A model generated the notes under the pieces. The model made no database searches. It was not told where the DNA came from and saw only the letters and a program-made list of their open reading frames with translations. 64,000 nt of DNA from Octopus vulgaris (Eukaryota). A program made the translations under genes and the position numbers. Positions 27,945-42,782 of this stretch are shown here, in pieces. The DNA lies in NCBI GenBank assembly GCA_951406725.2, contig OX597819.1, forward strand, positions 8,556,001 through 8,620,000, given 5' to 3'. Within the stretch, counting starts at the first letter, position 1. Each line of letters opens with the position of its first letter.

Positions 27945-28640
27945 TAGCGGACTCCCTCAAGGAGTTATACTGGAACCATTTCCGTTTGGGATGGTTCTCT
28001 TGGACATGTCTTCAGTTATACAGTTGGTCACTCTTACTAGTTACGTTAATGATATAAAAGTATCACAGGCAGCCAAGACCCAAGATGATAACGAAAACTA
28101 TAGTCAGGCCTGAATACAATATACCAGTGGGCTGAAGAAAACAATATGCAGTTCAATGTTTAAATTTTTAAAGCACTCACTTTCAGCTCACAAACAGATT
28201 GCAATGAGAATATACAGGACGAGTGGTTTTGCAAGCCAGAATCACTAGGAATGGAGGATTTGGAAATTTACATGAATAATTATGCAGCCCTGTGTGCAGG
28301 TGACTGGCGGGTGTATATTCTGAGGTCATTCAGTGCGAAGATAAAAAAGGAAACCGTTTTTGTCCCGTGGAGTATATTTGTTAGCCGTCGCTTGAACTAA
28401 CTCTAATTATGGTCGCCGTAAAGCGTCAAACAAACACCGGGGCTCAAAGCGTCACGATGTTGTTACATCAAGAAGATTACCACAATGCAACAGATGAGTC
28501 ACAGGGAAAAGCTAAGAGAACGGACCTTTCTCTAAAGCAAAGCGGTGAAATATGCAATGATATATATAAGTAAGACATTAGAGGCTTTGTCGCCTAATTT
28601 TGGAACTAGAAGCTATATCAACGGCTGGAAGTGAATGTCG
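27945..28640 (+). mobile_element. Highly decayed CR1-group LINE RT fragment
   Basis: SGLPQGVILEP, SYVNDIK (YADD-like), IYQWAEENNMQFN; many stops. Confidence 0.8.
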
Positions 28641-29961
28641 TCTGCGTGTGTTTATGCATACACCTCTTCATATAATTCAGAGCACGACTACTTCAGATGA
28701 TCGATCCAATTATTTAACTTTTAATTTAAGTTAAAGTGCGGCAGTTATTTGCGATGCTGGATTCCTTCAAGGATCATATAATGTTTTTGATTAGTGACCT
28801 GTCATTTCTCTGAATTTAGCTAAACATCTTACAATGTCATTTATTTAATGGATTGATAGAGAGTCGTATCGTAGACTAGTCTTAAAAACAAATTTCATGT
28901 TGCATAAACATCTCATTTTCCATCAAAGTCGCATTATAAGGGTTTACAAGGTAGGCTGGAGAGTTTTCAGTCAAACATATGCCTGTGTGTCCCCTGAAAA
29001 AATATGTCAATACGTATTGCGCTATTATTATAGCTTGCCTTCATGCTGTAGCCTGTACCTTTAAAGTGTAGAAGGATAACTTCACTGTAACTAGAACGGA
29101 GGGACCAGGAAAACTAGATAATAAGCGTTAAGTTAAATTTGTTGTGTTGGTTAGCTGAGATCAGCCTTGATCGCTTCTATATACATATTTATATTGAGAG
29201 TGAGCAAGTGTGTGTGAGAGAGAGAGAGAACGAGTGTGAGAGAGAGGGAGCGAGAGTGAGAGAGAGAAAGCGAGAGTGAGGGAGAGCGAGAAAGAGAGAG
29301 AGAGGGAGAGAGACGAATTATCGCGAGCACTCGACTACTACTTTGTTTATCGACCCCGATATAATGAAAGACAAACTCTCCTTGGCGGGGTTTAAACTCA
29401 GAGCGCAAACAGCCTGACAGAATGCTACGGAGCATTCTGTCTGACACTCTTATCACACAACAAACTTGGTGTCTATCAATTTACAAATTCAATTTGCCAA
29501 GTTCCTTCACATATAAAAAAGAGAAATTACATCCAGTTAAACCAAAAATATATTCATCTGCAATACCATTAAGCTTATTTTCTCAAGCTAAACACGGTTT
29601 AATACATGGAATTGTATCCCATTCAGTAAAAATAAAATCAATTTAACAGTTATAAATAGAAAGAAAATTAAAATTTATAACTGAAAGATAGAATTTATCG
29701 TTGTCTATAGCCGTGTTATGTTCTTGCTAAGACTTCATCCAACATAGTAAATGCAAAATTCTATTTCAACTTATAATCTACTGTTTGAGATAGAAACAAT
29801 TTTCTCTTTAGAAGGGGACCTAGTTTAAGTTAAGCCACACGTTTAGTTCTAGGGCTGTAGACACTAATCAAGTTCGTAGAATGCTTAATGTGTCAAAGTT
29901 ACTCACAGCAAAGTTGCTTTCTCAATGATTCACTGATTTGCCGCCATTCTTTTCCTCGTTC

Positions 29962-30355
29962 TACTCTTTTACTCTTTGTTTCAGTCATTTGACTGCGGCC
30001 ATGCTGGAGCACCGTCTTCAGTCGAGCAAATCGACCCCGGGACTTATTCTTTTTGTAAGCCCAGTACTTATTCTATTGGTCTCTTTTGCCGAACTGCTAA
30101 GTAACGGGGACGTAAACACACCAGCATCGGTTGTCAAGCAATGCTAGGGGGACAAACACAAACACACACAAACACACATACATATATACATATATACGAC
30201 AGGCTTCTTTCAGTTTCCGTCTACCAAATCCACTCACAAGGCATTGGTCGGCCCGGGGCTATAGCAGAAAACACTTGCCCAAGATGCCACGCAGTGGGAC
30301 TGAACCCGGAACCATGTGGTTGGTAAACAAGCTACTTACCACACAGCCACTCCTG
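29962..30355 (-). mobile_element. SINE family A, full length
   Basis: Colinear with the other A copies. Confidence 0.92.
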
Positions 30356-30547
30356 TTCTGTTTAATAATTTTCTTTCAGAGACGTTTTTTTAATTTTATT
30401 TTGCTATCTATTTTATGATGAGTAACTAGAAACAAGACCAGCAAGTTCGGGTAACGGGGTTAAGTCGAATCTTACTCACTCCAACAGAGGGGCCTCCATG
30501 GACACAACGCTCCCAAACAAACAACAACAACACCATCAAACTACAGC

Positions 30548-30985
30548 CTACTGAGCACACTTAGATATATTATCTGAATATAACACGTTATGGTCACTCC
30601 TGAAACCACTTTGACAAAAGGCCTGCTTAAAGCTGTAGTTAGACTGAAAAAGGAAGGTCTCCTCCAGGTCTGAAATACCCAAAACACTGGAGTTCACGAC
30701 TTCCTCGGGTGTTGAGAATACGTTATCCGTGTGAAATGCTTGAGTGTATAATGCGTTGTGATATGAAGCTATCGTCAAATTCACACGAAGCGCTTCGTTA
30801 TGTTTCATTTTCATGAGTAACATTAGCAACAATTTATTGCAAGAAACGTTTGTTGAAATACTCTTAATACAGATTGGTGCCCCTTGTAAAGGTTCGTGGA
30901 ATTCTGAACTAGAAGTTACTTTTATTAGATTTTGTTGGGCTATGAAAACATTATTATCATCTAACTGATATCAGCACTATCTATA
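30548..30985 (-). pseudogene. Exon-like coding patch of an unidentified minus-strand gene or pseudogene
   Basis: 140 stop-free non-repetitive codons (30970-30551). The strong acceptor TTATCTTTCAG| at 30986 joins this frame only with a 1-bp indel. Confidence 0.45.
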
Positions 30986-31398
30986 CTGAAAGATAACATG
31001 CATAACAACTAAATATCGTAAATGATATAAACTGTGGTGGAGAACAGTTCACACGTGTGCTGAGGCTAACCAAAGGATTTTATATTTAGATATAGCTGGG
31101 GTACTTATATGTACTCATGACTTTTGCTTCGGCTTTTTTCCATGGGCGCATGTAGATATTTCATTTATTTCTATTCGTATTTTCTACTGAAGAGGAAAAA
31201 AGCTTTGAGATTAATTCCGAAATTGATTCAATATAGAAATAAGGAACTTTTTAAAAAATTCTGTTGGCTAGCTTTCCTCGATTTCAGCACAACATACTTC
31301 TGTAGTGGGTATATAATAATGTGGAAATTGACGATTTAAAAGTCTGTTATCAGCATATTGGCATAGAAATAATTTTATTTTGCCCTTCTTTATAATTT

Positions 31399-31457
<59 letters not shown>

Positions 31458-31554
31458 CAAAAAGGGTAATAACATAGATTATTATTACCAGTGGCCTAGC
31501 ACAAAAGACGAATTAGTCATTAGATAAAATATTATTCATATATAGAAAAATATT

Positions 31555-31634
31555 ATCGAGAGTGAAAATCAAAAACATTTACCATTAACGGGATATATCG
31601 TTAATGGTAAATGTTTTTGATTTTCACTCTCGAT
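31555..31634. repeat. Perfect 36-bp inverted repeat with 8-nt loop inside a (TA)n-flanked insert
   Basis: ATCGAGAGTGAAAATCAAAAACATTTACCATTAACG-ggatatat-exact reverse complement. Confidence 0.95.
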
Positions 31635-31708
31635 GAATTTATCCCTTTTTGTGTCTCTAGCACTAGGCTTCCTTATTTGGGAGCCCTTTATTATATTTCT
31701 ATATGAAT

Positions 31709-31801
<93 letters not shown>

Positions 31802-34409
31802 ATATGCTGGTGTGTTTACATCCCCGTAAGCACACCAGTATCGAGTTCAGCAAAAGTTAGCAGTTCAGCAAAAAAGACTGATAGAATAAGTCCGGGGGGT
31901 CGATTTGCTCGACTAAAGGCGGTGCTCCAGCATAGCCGCAGGCAAATGACTGAAAAGAATAAAAGAATATATGTGTGTGTTATATATAAATATACCATAT
32001 GTATTAATATATGAGTGTGTGTGTGCGTGTGTCCCCGTTAATGCATGTTAGTGTGTGTATACTCGTTAATGTATGTATGCATGTGAATGTGTATATGTAT
32101 GAGTTTTCGTAAGCGTTCCTGAAGTTACACGAAAAAAAAAAGCATTGATATATAGCTTTCTGTTCTATTGTAAGTTATCGACCCGGTTTCTCTTGGCTGG
32201 ACAGAAATTTATATGGTTTATCCTTTACAAAAGACTCTGGCACTTGGCATGTTGTAATGAATGATTCTGAGACAGCTTCAATGATATTGCGTAAAACTGA
32301 CAGATTTTCCCCCGTCTTATCCCAGGCGTTATGAGACTGCCCGTTCTATGCTATCTTTAGCTGATTCATTCATATTTATTTTTTCATTCAATATTCATTT
32401 CATTTGTTATTCAACTAGTCGAAGACATGATGAATTCCATAGTTTGTCTGTACTCTGTTAATATCATCTCGTCTCAGACTCTATTTTCTTTTCATACGGG
32501 ACGGGGCATCGTAGTCCTCCCAGATGATATTTTCCATCAGGTTTCATAATTATGAGTTGACATATAGCTTCAACAAATTTCCTTACATCAGTCTTATTAA
32601 ATGAATATGTTTATTGTCGTCGTTGTTTAGCTCAAGGTCAGCTCTATAACCAAAGAAGTTTAGCTATGACAATCCTTTTCTTATGCATTGTGAATTTAAA
32701 ACTACATTAGCCAATGCATAACATTAATTCTAATGCAGTAAATGGTGATTTGAGAAGGATTTACTGGCTATTTCTAGCGTTTTGGGCGATCATATAAAGG
32801 TTCCAGCCTAGGAACCTATATGGTCACTCTGTTATACTTGATTCTGCTATACTTGATTCAGATCTGAAACTACCATCTTAAAAAAGGACATGGTGGGTAA
32901 TGTGATCCTGATTCCTCTGCATGGGAATCCGGAATTAAAATACCTTTGGCTATAGACTCACTGGATCAACACTGACCTGGGGTTAAACCACAACAGTAAC
33001 AACAACATTCACGTAAAGATTTACTTGTTGGCTCATAAATTATTGTGAATTTATTAGTCGTAGTGCCTCCATGGCCCAGATGGGAGACGGAGGATTATAT
33101 ATTTCAAAACGCTAGTAACTTTGTTGAAAGTCCGTCCCCACGTTATAATGCTATATACTCTGGTACTAAATATATTGAACAGCTGAATGTAATCTACATA
33201 TTATTTTAACAGAACAATATTTGTACGCTAAAATTGGGAGCAAAGCTTTCGTTAATTATTTTTTAATTTATTTTATTTATGTTTCAGTAGAAATGATTTT
33301 TTTCTGTAGCATTTCTGAAAGTGAGTTCCAGGTTCCATTACAAAAACCCTAAGATTTTGCATGGCAGAGGGTTTGCTAAAAAAATTTATCAAAATTTGTT
33401 TTCGAAGTAGGTTAATTTTTTTTTTTTTAATTTCCTCTTGAGAATAAATTTTCTCTGCAAACTACCTTTGTTTCATTAAAGAATATACCGGTATAGGGTT
33501 TGCATTGTTTGGAAAATCATGTAAAAGGTTCTTGAGAACCACTGGTTTATTGATTCTGTCCCTGTGAAATTAAAAGACTTGGAATTTGAACTACAATGAA
33601 AACCATACAATTCATCTATAGAGGCGTTTCTTTAAATTTGTTACCTTTATAATATTAAAGATTATTAAAGATTTCGGAGTTGTAAATGGGACAAAACAAA
33701 GTTATCCTTCAATATCGTGCTATGTCTTTAACAAAGACACTTTTCTTTCAGTGTCCCAGTCTGTCATTAATTGCTTTATTTTCTGATAGATGTCACTACA
33801 TGAATAAAAGTTTAAAAAAAGAAAAAAACTGTGTTCCTCGCCCTTCAACTTTGATGTCGTACATCATTTGCCATGTAGTGGTGATAAAAAAAAAATTTAT
33901 CATGTGTTATGTCAGAAATGAAAAACGCTATTATATATGGTGAGAACAGACACACTTATGACTTAACTTGCACTATACTTAACTTTCACTATACTTAACT
34001 TACACAGTAATGTATATTATTAACAGCAATGTTTCAATTATGTTCTTGCTTAAAGCAAAACTTCGCATTAAGAAAATAAGATTATGTAGCGTCAGGAGAG
34101 CTCATTTCACATGGGAGTGGAAACTGTTACTTAGACAGTTGCACAAAGTATATAAATACAACTATTATCATCATCATACTTCAGGCTGTGATTGAATCAG
34201 CGAGTATTTCTATCAGATGTCAAGAATGGCAATGCAATTAAAGTGGACAATGTAGATACGAACGAACTCCGTTACATCATTATTAGATGTAATGGTTTGA
34301 CGCTTAGGATGGCAGCATTGATAGCGTCTAGTGTCAGGTTAGTGACCTGTCAGAAAATCATAAGTAGTTATGAGTAATAATAGCAAACATGGTTGATGTT
34401 GTTATCTTC

Positions 34410-34990
34410 TATATTCATCCATTTTAACACAGAAGTGTGAAGAGTTCGAGAGGATTCGTCGTGTCATCAAATCTGTTTCCCCAACCCTTTGTGGACACAA
34501 GAAGTTAAAGAGAAACGGATAAGGGAGAGAGTCTCTATCTTGTAGATTGTTTGGCAGAATGTTAAATAAGTGAAGATCCCTGAAAGCCGAGCTATTAGTA
34601 TACTGGGCCTTATTCGAGATGGAGAAAATTGGATCTTTGGTATTATGCGGTGCCATCCAGTTCGGTGCTTGGTATAGCTTTCAGTTCCAAAGTTAGGAGC
34701 TAGATCTTTCAAGGATCTTCCATGTGTATATCACTGCATATCTTTCACGCCTTCTCTCTAGGGAGTAGAGTTTCAGTGCTTTTAACCTCTTCCACTAGCT
34801 CATCTGTTTCACAGAGTCACTCTTTATTCGTGTAGTGACGCTGAATTACTTCAAGTTTGACGCTCAGCAGCGATCACAATAGGGAGCAGTAATCCAGACG
34901 ACTGAGAGCGAAAGCTCTCCATAGCAATAGCATGCTATCCTTTTTCTGGTTTTAATGATCCATCTAATTGCTCGCCTGCACCGGATGGTG
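34410..34990 (-). mobile_element. CR1-group LINE 3' fragment
   Basis: LSRLDYCS, LKALKLYSLERRRERYAVIYTWKILE, LFNILP. Confidence 0.8.
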
Positions 34991-35598
34991 ATTCGACGAT
35001 TTACCCTCACAGCTGCATGGCCATGTCTCCCAGAACGTTCGTCAGCATCGACATATTTTTGGCCATCTTAGAAACGCCTGAATCACTGGCACACTTGCGT
35101 GCGGCTCATACACTCCTGTCTTTCTGAAACTTTACGCACGCCTCTGAGCAGGTATCACGACAACTTTCCCAGTCATGGTCAATGCGGCGATCACACGCTA
35201 CACACCTTCCTTCCAAGCACTTCAGTGCTTAGTGGAAGTGAGCTCGAACGTTAAAACTTTGTGCACATGCACAACAGAATCCAAGGTCAATCTGTGGCAA
35301 GCGGCTTCACTCTGCATGCTTTAGCTTCGTTACTATGACAACCGTCCGGATATTTATTGATCAGACCTCGTATATCAATAACATTGTATATACAGGTATG
35401 TGTGTATGCAAATATATATACATACACATCTATATTTATATATACAAACGTGTGTGTGTGTGCGTGTGTGTGTGTGAGAGAGTGTGTATGTGTCTAATTA
35501 TATGTATGTATGTATGAACGTGAGTGTGTATGCATGTACGTATATTTATATAAGATAATATGCATGTATACAGATGTACACACACATGTATATATATA

Positions 35599-35639
<41 letters not shown>

Positions 35640-36134
35640 ATGAGCATAGATATAAGATACACACACGCATCCATATATGTGTTTGTATGTGTTTGAAATA
35701 CAGTGATGTATATCAACAAAAGGACAGAGGTAAAATACTATTTCATGCTCAGTACGTATACGATATTGCATCAGTTCTTATTTCAAGTAGTAGTAGTAGT
35801 AGTAGTAGTAGTAGCAGCAGCAGCGATTAATTGCCTTGTCTTTGCTATAGCGTGTGTTTGATTATGCGACCTTAATGAATGGCGGAGGTGGCATGAACTA
35901 ATGAACTAACGTCATGTGATAATAGTGAATGGACTGAGATGAACTGATGAACTGCGCGACACATTTGTCTCCCATGCCCCCCCCCCTCTCTCTCTCTCTC
36001 ATACAATTGTGTAAAGAAAGAATATGTAAATGATAGGAAGTGACAATGATGTCACAACAGGCATACGATGTGTGACTGGGGCGATGCGTATGAAAAGCAA
36101 GTTACTCATAAAAAATAATTATCTACATGGTTAT

Positions 36135-37290
36135 ATGTATGCATGTGTGTATGCATGTATATATGTATGCATGTATGTATGTATGTATGTATGTATGTAT
36201 GTATGTATGTATGTATACATGTATGTATGTATGTATGTATGTATACATGTACGTCTGTATGTATGTATGTATGTATGTATGTATACATGTATGTATGTAT
36301 GTATGTATACATGTATGTATGTATGTATGTTTGTATGTATACATGTATGTATGTATGTATACATGTATGTATGTATGCATGTATGTATGTATGTATACAT
36401 GTATGTATGAATGTGTGTATGTATGTATGTATGTATGCATGTATGTATGTATGTATGTATACATGTATGTATGTATGTATGTATGTATGTATGTATACAT
36501 GTATGTATGTATGTATACATGTATGTATGTATGTACGTATGTATGTATGTATACATGTATGTATGTATGTATGTATACATGTATGTATGTATGTATGTAT
36601 GTATGTATGTATACATGTATGTATGTATGTATACATGTATGTATGTATGTATGTATACATGTATGTATGTATGTATGTATGTATACATGTATGTATGTAT
36701 GTACGTATGTTTGTATGTATACATGTATGTATGTATGTATACATGTATGTATGTATGCATGTATGTATGTATGTATACATGTATGTATGAATGTGTGTAT
36801 GTATGTATGTATGTATGTATGTATGTATGTATGTATGTATGTATACATGTATGTATGTATGTATGTATGTATGTATGTATGTATGTATGTATGTATACAT
36901 GTATGTATGTATGTACGTATGTATGTATGTATACATGTATGTATGTATGTATGTATACATGTATGTATGTATGTATGTATGTATGTATGTATGTATGTAT
37001 GTATGTATGTATACATGTATGTATGTATGTATACATGTATGTATGTATGTACGTATGTATGTATGTATACATGTATGTATGTATGTATACATGTATGTAT
37101 GTATGTATGTATGTATGTATACATGTATGTATGTATGTATGTATGTATGTATGTATGTATGTATGTATGTATGTATACATGTATGTATGTATGTATACAT
37201 GTATGTATGTATGTATGTATACATGTATGTATGTATGTATGTATGTATGTATGCATGTGTGTATGTATGAATGTATGTATGCATATGTTT
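36135..37290. repeat. 1.15-kb (TATG)n array with variant units and higher-order structure
   Basis: Read directly; rare variants recur 380 bp apart. Confidence 0.97.
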
Positions 37291-37482
37291 ATGCATGTGT
37301 ATGCGTGTGCGAGTCTAGGTGGAGGTGTGGTTGTGTGGTTACGTACTTCTCTTCTCCCCAACATGGTTTTGGGTTCAATCACGCTGCACGGCTCTTTGTG
37401 TAAGTCACTTCTATAGGAGCCGCAGACTAAGCAATGTTTTCTAAGTGTATCTGACTGAAGAAAATTGTGCGAAAACCCGTCC

Positions 37483-37544
<62 letters not shown>

Positions 37545-37570
37545 CACACACACATACACACACACACATA

Positions 37571-37604
<34 letters not shown>

Positions 37605-38425
37605 TGCACACACACTCATACACACATTTCACGCACACGTATATACATATTTATACACACATATATATATATACATGTATATGTATATATATGTATATAC
37701 ATATATACCCAAGAAAAAAGCTGCAAGAATGGATCGGTAGTTTAGTACAATTGTTTCATACTATAAACATTTTATTTAAAGCTGCAAATATTACAGCAAA
37801 TATAATTTTAAGGTTAATACCATAAAGAATTCTGGTGCATCTAAGTTAAGTACCATATTCATTTGAATTCATTTGAATCTTAATTGTTTTGCTGAAATTA
37901 TACACACATATATATATATATATATAAATACATACATACACACATGTACATAAATACACACATATATATATCGTTCTGTCATAATTATCTATATGCATAT
38001 ATGCACGTCTTTTCTATTTTTCAATTATTATAACTTTTCCACTGATAAGGGAGCCGACTACCAACTAAGATACAAGGCTCCATCTTTGAGATGTAGTTAA
38101 CAGACAAATTCGCATTTAGAACTTGATGCATGTATGTATGCATATAGGTATGTGGCGTACACGTATGCATATATGTATGCGCGTGTGTATGTGTATAGTG
38201 AGGGATGTATGTGTGTCTGTTGTACCCACATTTTTTGTTCTGCTTGTTTGCATCCCTGTGATCCGGAGGTTCGGCAAAAGAATCCGATAGAATAATTTGC
38301 ACAAATCTATACGTATACATACACACACACACACACGCACGTGCACAAACACAAACACGTGTATATATAAATATATATATATACATATATATATGTATAT
38401 ATAAGTATATATATATGTATATATA

Positions 38426-38498
<73 letters not shown>

Positions 38499-38561
38499 TA
38501 TGTATGTATATATGTATACAAAACACACACACGTGTATATAGAAATATATATATACATATA

Positions 38562-38696
<135 letters not shown>

Positions 38697-39208
38697 GTAT
38701 ATATATATATATAGTATGCGTTTACTAGTTTCAGTCATTATACCTTGCAGCCATCAGTCTAATAAAACATACGCATCATGCTTACATAAAAGGTTAAGAA
38801 GAAGAGGCAGGGGAAGGTGGAGTGAACGAAGGAAAAGTCTGGTAAAGGAAGTGCGAGTATTAGCCCCCCCCCCCACGCCAGCACAGTCCCACCACCTCTG
38901 TACATTGTATTTTCGTTGGGTAGACACAGAAATGATTTGTTGAAGGAAAAGGTAAGATTTAAAATACAGGTAAATCGACGTCACACAAAGACACAAGTAT
39001 TCTTGCAGTGAGGTGTGCGAGTTGAACATACATGAAGGTAGGTGTACATGAAATGATATGCGTACCTGTGAACACGTGGTGTAGGTGTCAGAGGTGTCAA
39101 ACAGGAACACGATTTTATGCTCAGTTCATTGAATGTCTATCTATCTATCTATCTACCTACCTACCTATCTATCTCCCTACCTACCTACCTATCTATCTCC
39201 CTACCTAC

Positions 39209-39268
<60 letters not shown>

Positions 39269-39396
39269 ATCGAATTTATCTATCTCAATCAATTAATCAA
39301 TCTATTTATATCAAATATATATATTTCAATCAATCAATCTATCTATCTATCACTATCGATCAATCAATGTATTTAGCTATCGATCATTATCAATCA

Positions 39397-39480
<84 letters not shown>

Positions 39481-39485
39481 GTCTA

Positions 39486-39586
<101 letters not shown>

Positions 39587-39595
39587 ACACACACA

Positions 39596-39640
<45 letters not shown>

Positions 39641-40605
39641 CACGTTTCATAAGTGACATATTAGATATGCTGACAAGAATTATGTCGTTGTATAGTCATT
39701 TTTTTTTATTATTTAAGAATACACTAATGAACTCTTGTAATCAGTTTCCGTTTACTTATTAAGAATGGTTTTTATGCAGTGCTTTTAATTTTCAATGCAA
39801 TCATGCAGTATGCAAAATGTCAGTTTGCGAAATTTGTCTATAATTACAGTAGTATATACACACACGCGCGTGCACACATTTATATATTTATATATGTACG
39901 TATGTATGCAAGTGTGCATGTGCGTGTGCGTTTACTCTTTTACTCTTTTACTCTTTTACTTGTTTCAGTCATTTTACTGCGGCCATGCTGGAGCACCGCC
40001 TTTTTTTAGTCGAGCAAATCGACCCCGGGACTTATTCTTTTGTAAGCCCAGTACTTATTCTATCGGTCTCTTTTTACCGAACCGCTAAGTGTATTTTTTC
40101 TGTAACTTTTACTGTATACATCTTCAGTTCTTTAATTTTCGTTACCCACCAAGAATAAGGCCACGCTGGAGCACTCAATGCCTATGCAGTAAAGTGACAT
40201 CATTACTAATACCTTATTTAACATGAAACTGTTTTCTTGTTTTTTTTTCTTGTATTTCTTTCTTTTGTTTTTGTATGATTTATCTCGTTTTTTAAATTGA
40301 GGCTGGAAAATTGTAAGTATATAATCTAGATGTGGCTTTAGTAAAACAAAAAAATCTACTAAACAGGCTCTCAAACTTAAACACACGTATGCATGTGTAT
40401 GTACGTGGAGACGCGCACGCATGCACGCACGCACACACACATGTGGTTGTGGCGTACCATAGTTTGTATGCAAGAAATTGTGTACAAATGGTACACTGTA
40501 TATATTAACCAAATAAAGGCACATAATGAATAAATTGCATGACTGAAAGAAGAATGCAATGGAGATTTGTTGAACGAAACGTTGTCTAAATGTGATTTCG
40601 CTTAC

Positions 40606-40723
40606 CACTTATTTGAAGTTTATCAAAAAGTCACAAAATAACTTCTGCATCGCTTCTCTCTACTAAGGACAGAGCTAGAATTGTTAGGCTGGATTAGTTT
40701 TGAGCACTTGAAAGATTTTGCAA
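40606..40723 (-). pseudogene. Exon-like patch (AKSFKCSKLIQPNNSSSVLSREKRCRSYFVTF)
   Basis: Acceptor CTTGTTTTCAG| and donor TG|GTAAGC; open in phase 1 until a T5 run, where removing one T restores the frame. Confidence 0.35.
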
Positions 40724-40821
40724 CTGAAAACAAGTTGCTGAAAACTTTGTAAAGAATGAATTTCAAGTTATAAGTCGTCAACAATATCAACTATTTGCAT
40801 CTTTCGTGTGCTCTGCTGAAA

Positions 40822-41218
40822 TATTCTTTTTATTCTTTTTATTCTTTTACTTGTTTCAGTCATTTGACTGCGGCCATTCTGGAGCACCGCCTTTAGTCGA
40901 GCAAATCGACCCCGGGACTTATTCTTTGTAAGCCCAGTACTTATTCTATCGGTCCCTCTTTTGCCGAACCGCTAAGTGACGGGGACGTAAACACACCAGC
41001 ATCGGTTGTCAAGCAATGCTAGGGGGACAAACACACACACACATACATATATGTATATATATATATACATATATACGACAGGCTTCTTTCAGTTTCTGTC
41101 TACCAAATCCACTCACAAGGCATTGGTCGGCCCGGGACTATAGCAGAAGACACTTGCCCAAGATGCCACGCAGTGAGACTGAACCCGGAACCATGTGGTT
41201 TGTTAGCAAGCTACTTAC
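40822..41218 (-). mobile_element. SINE family A lacking its first ~20 nt
   Basis: Starts exactly at GTAAGTAGCTTGCT; otherwise colinear with the other A copies. Confidence 0.92.
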
Positions 41219-41328
41219 ATGTGTCTTCAGGATTAAAAGTTAATGGAATAAAAGAGATTTCGGTTCGTACAGATATGACGCCCTCATTAGAATTTCTTTT
41301 TACAAAAAATGGCCATCTACCTCGATTT
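41219..41328 (-). CDS. Candidate 110-nt exon (NRGRWPFFVKRNSNEGVISVRTEISFIPLTFNPEDT)
   Basis: Acceptor TTTTTCTACAG|; open frame; donor T|GTAAGT in phase 1, compatible with 40723. Confidence 0.4.
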
Positions 41329-42094
41329 CTGTAGAAAAATCTTCAATAATGTTCCGTATTTTATATTTCCCCTTTGTTATAGTTCTTTATTTTTTGTTTT
41401 TTAATGAATAAGTGTTTAAGATTTGCATTTTTCAAGTTGCACTTGTTATAAGTATATCATTTATAAACTTATGCTAAGTTGTATTTAGCATTAAATATGC
41501 AAAATTAAAGATATAAGTTATATCTAATAAAATTGTAGGTTTTGGCCCGAGGATTTAATCTGTTATTTCACATCCACCATTTTGTATGTCTGAAAGTCTT
41601 GTCGAGGAGTACTATATGTTGGCATGTGCTTAAGGCCCCAAATAGCAAGATCGAACGAATGTAGCAGATTTTGCAGGACGAGCACTATTATCAAAGTAAT
41701 CATTCGCTTAAGAACACATTCACACAATTGCTTCTCTCAGGGAAAAAAAAACACATCTGAAGAGATATCATGGTCACCATGCGTAAAAGCGAACAGAATA
41801 TTTAAGATCAAAGGGTTAAGAATACTATTATCATTAATAAATTAAACTTCACTATCAAGAACAGATATCAGTTGAGCGACGTTAATTGGCTAATATAACA
41901 TAACCTGTCTGCGCATGTCACAACCCTATGCCCATTTATCTGTGCAGATCAGAGCTAAGCTCATTCCCTATTTTTCTCTTGATAAAGACATTTTAAAGCC
42001 GAAATTTTGAAATACAGTGTAAATCTGCAAACGGTTGATTGCTTTTGTGTTTATTTTGTTTTCATCTCTGTTACCAACTTTTATTATTTTAACA

Positions 42095-42496
42095 TGACTA
42101 TGATTCTATGAACCGTAAAAATTAATACAGAGAGTTGCTTATTTGCAAAAAAAAAAGAAATATAACATGTGACTTCATTGACCGAGGTTACCGTGGTCTT
42201 TTCCGTAGGCTTTTCTTTCCACGAGTAAACCTCACCTGTCCTCCACTTTACACTTCATATTGACATTTCTGTGATAACGATCCCTTTTGATCAATTTTTT
42301 TTTCCTTTCCTATTTTTTCCTCTCCCCCCCCTTTTTTTTAAAATTTTATTCCCCCCTTTTTTTGTTCTCTTTCTTTCCCTTTACGATCCCTTTTGGTCGA
42401 AAACCAAACCCTCTTTTTTTTACCCCCAAAAGAAAAGCTCTACCTTGTAATTTGTCCTGTCTGTGTGCAGCCCTGTGTGGCTAATAAAGAAACATA
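42095..42496 (+). mobile_element. Family C retroposon with TSD
   Basis: Direct repeat TATTTTAACATGA at 42085-42097 and 42495-42507, partly overlapping the element ends. 5'-truncated copies lie at 49343-49510 (-) and 55158-55475 (+). Confidence 0.9.
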
Positions 42497-42734
42497 TTTT
42501 AACATGAAGAAATTAGAAACAATTATTGCGCCTTTGTAAAAACATTCACATACACACACAGGCACACACGCGGAAATTTGTTGTTCGAAAACTAAGATGA
42601 AGTGCTCAATAAATGTACAGAATATATCAATTTTGTGAATCCTCAGCATATATATTCCTCCTCCTCCCCCTTCTCCCCTTCTCCTCCTCCTGCTGCTGCT
42701 GCTACTACTACTGCTACTACTACTACTACTACTA

Positions 42735-42782
<48 letters not shown>

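Noticed and set aside
32420-32600. Matrixin-like NIM...DDINRVQTNYG on the minus strand
   Set aside because: There is an in-frame stop and no HExxHxxGxxH motif was found upstream; this may be chance.
36106-37416. ORFs of 330-429 aa and the many YI/CV/HT/LSIY-rich ORFs across the window
   Set aside because: They are translations of stop-free microsatellites, open in several frames on both strands.
41780-41820. piggyBac-like end ...CAAAGGG|TTAA
   Set aside because: No matching left TIR was found nearby.
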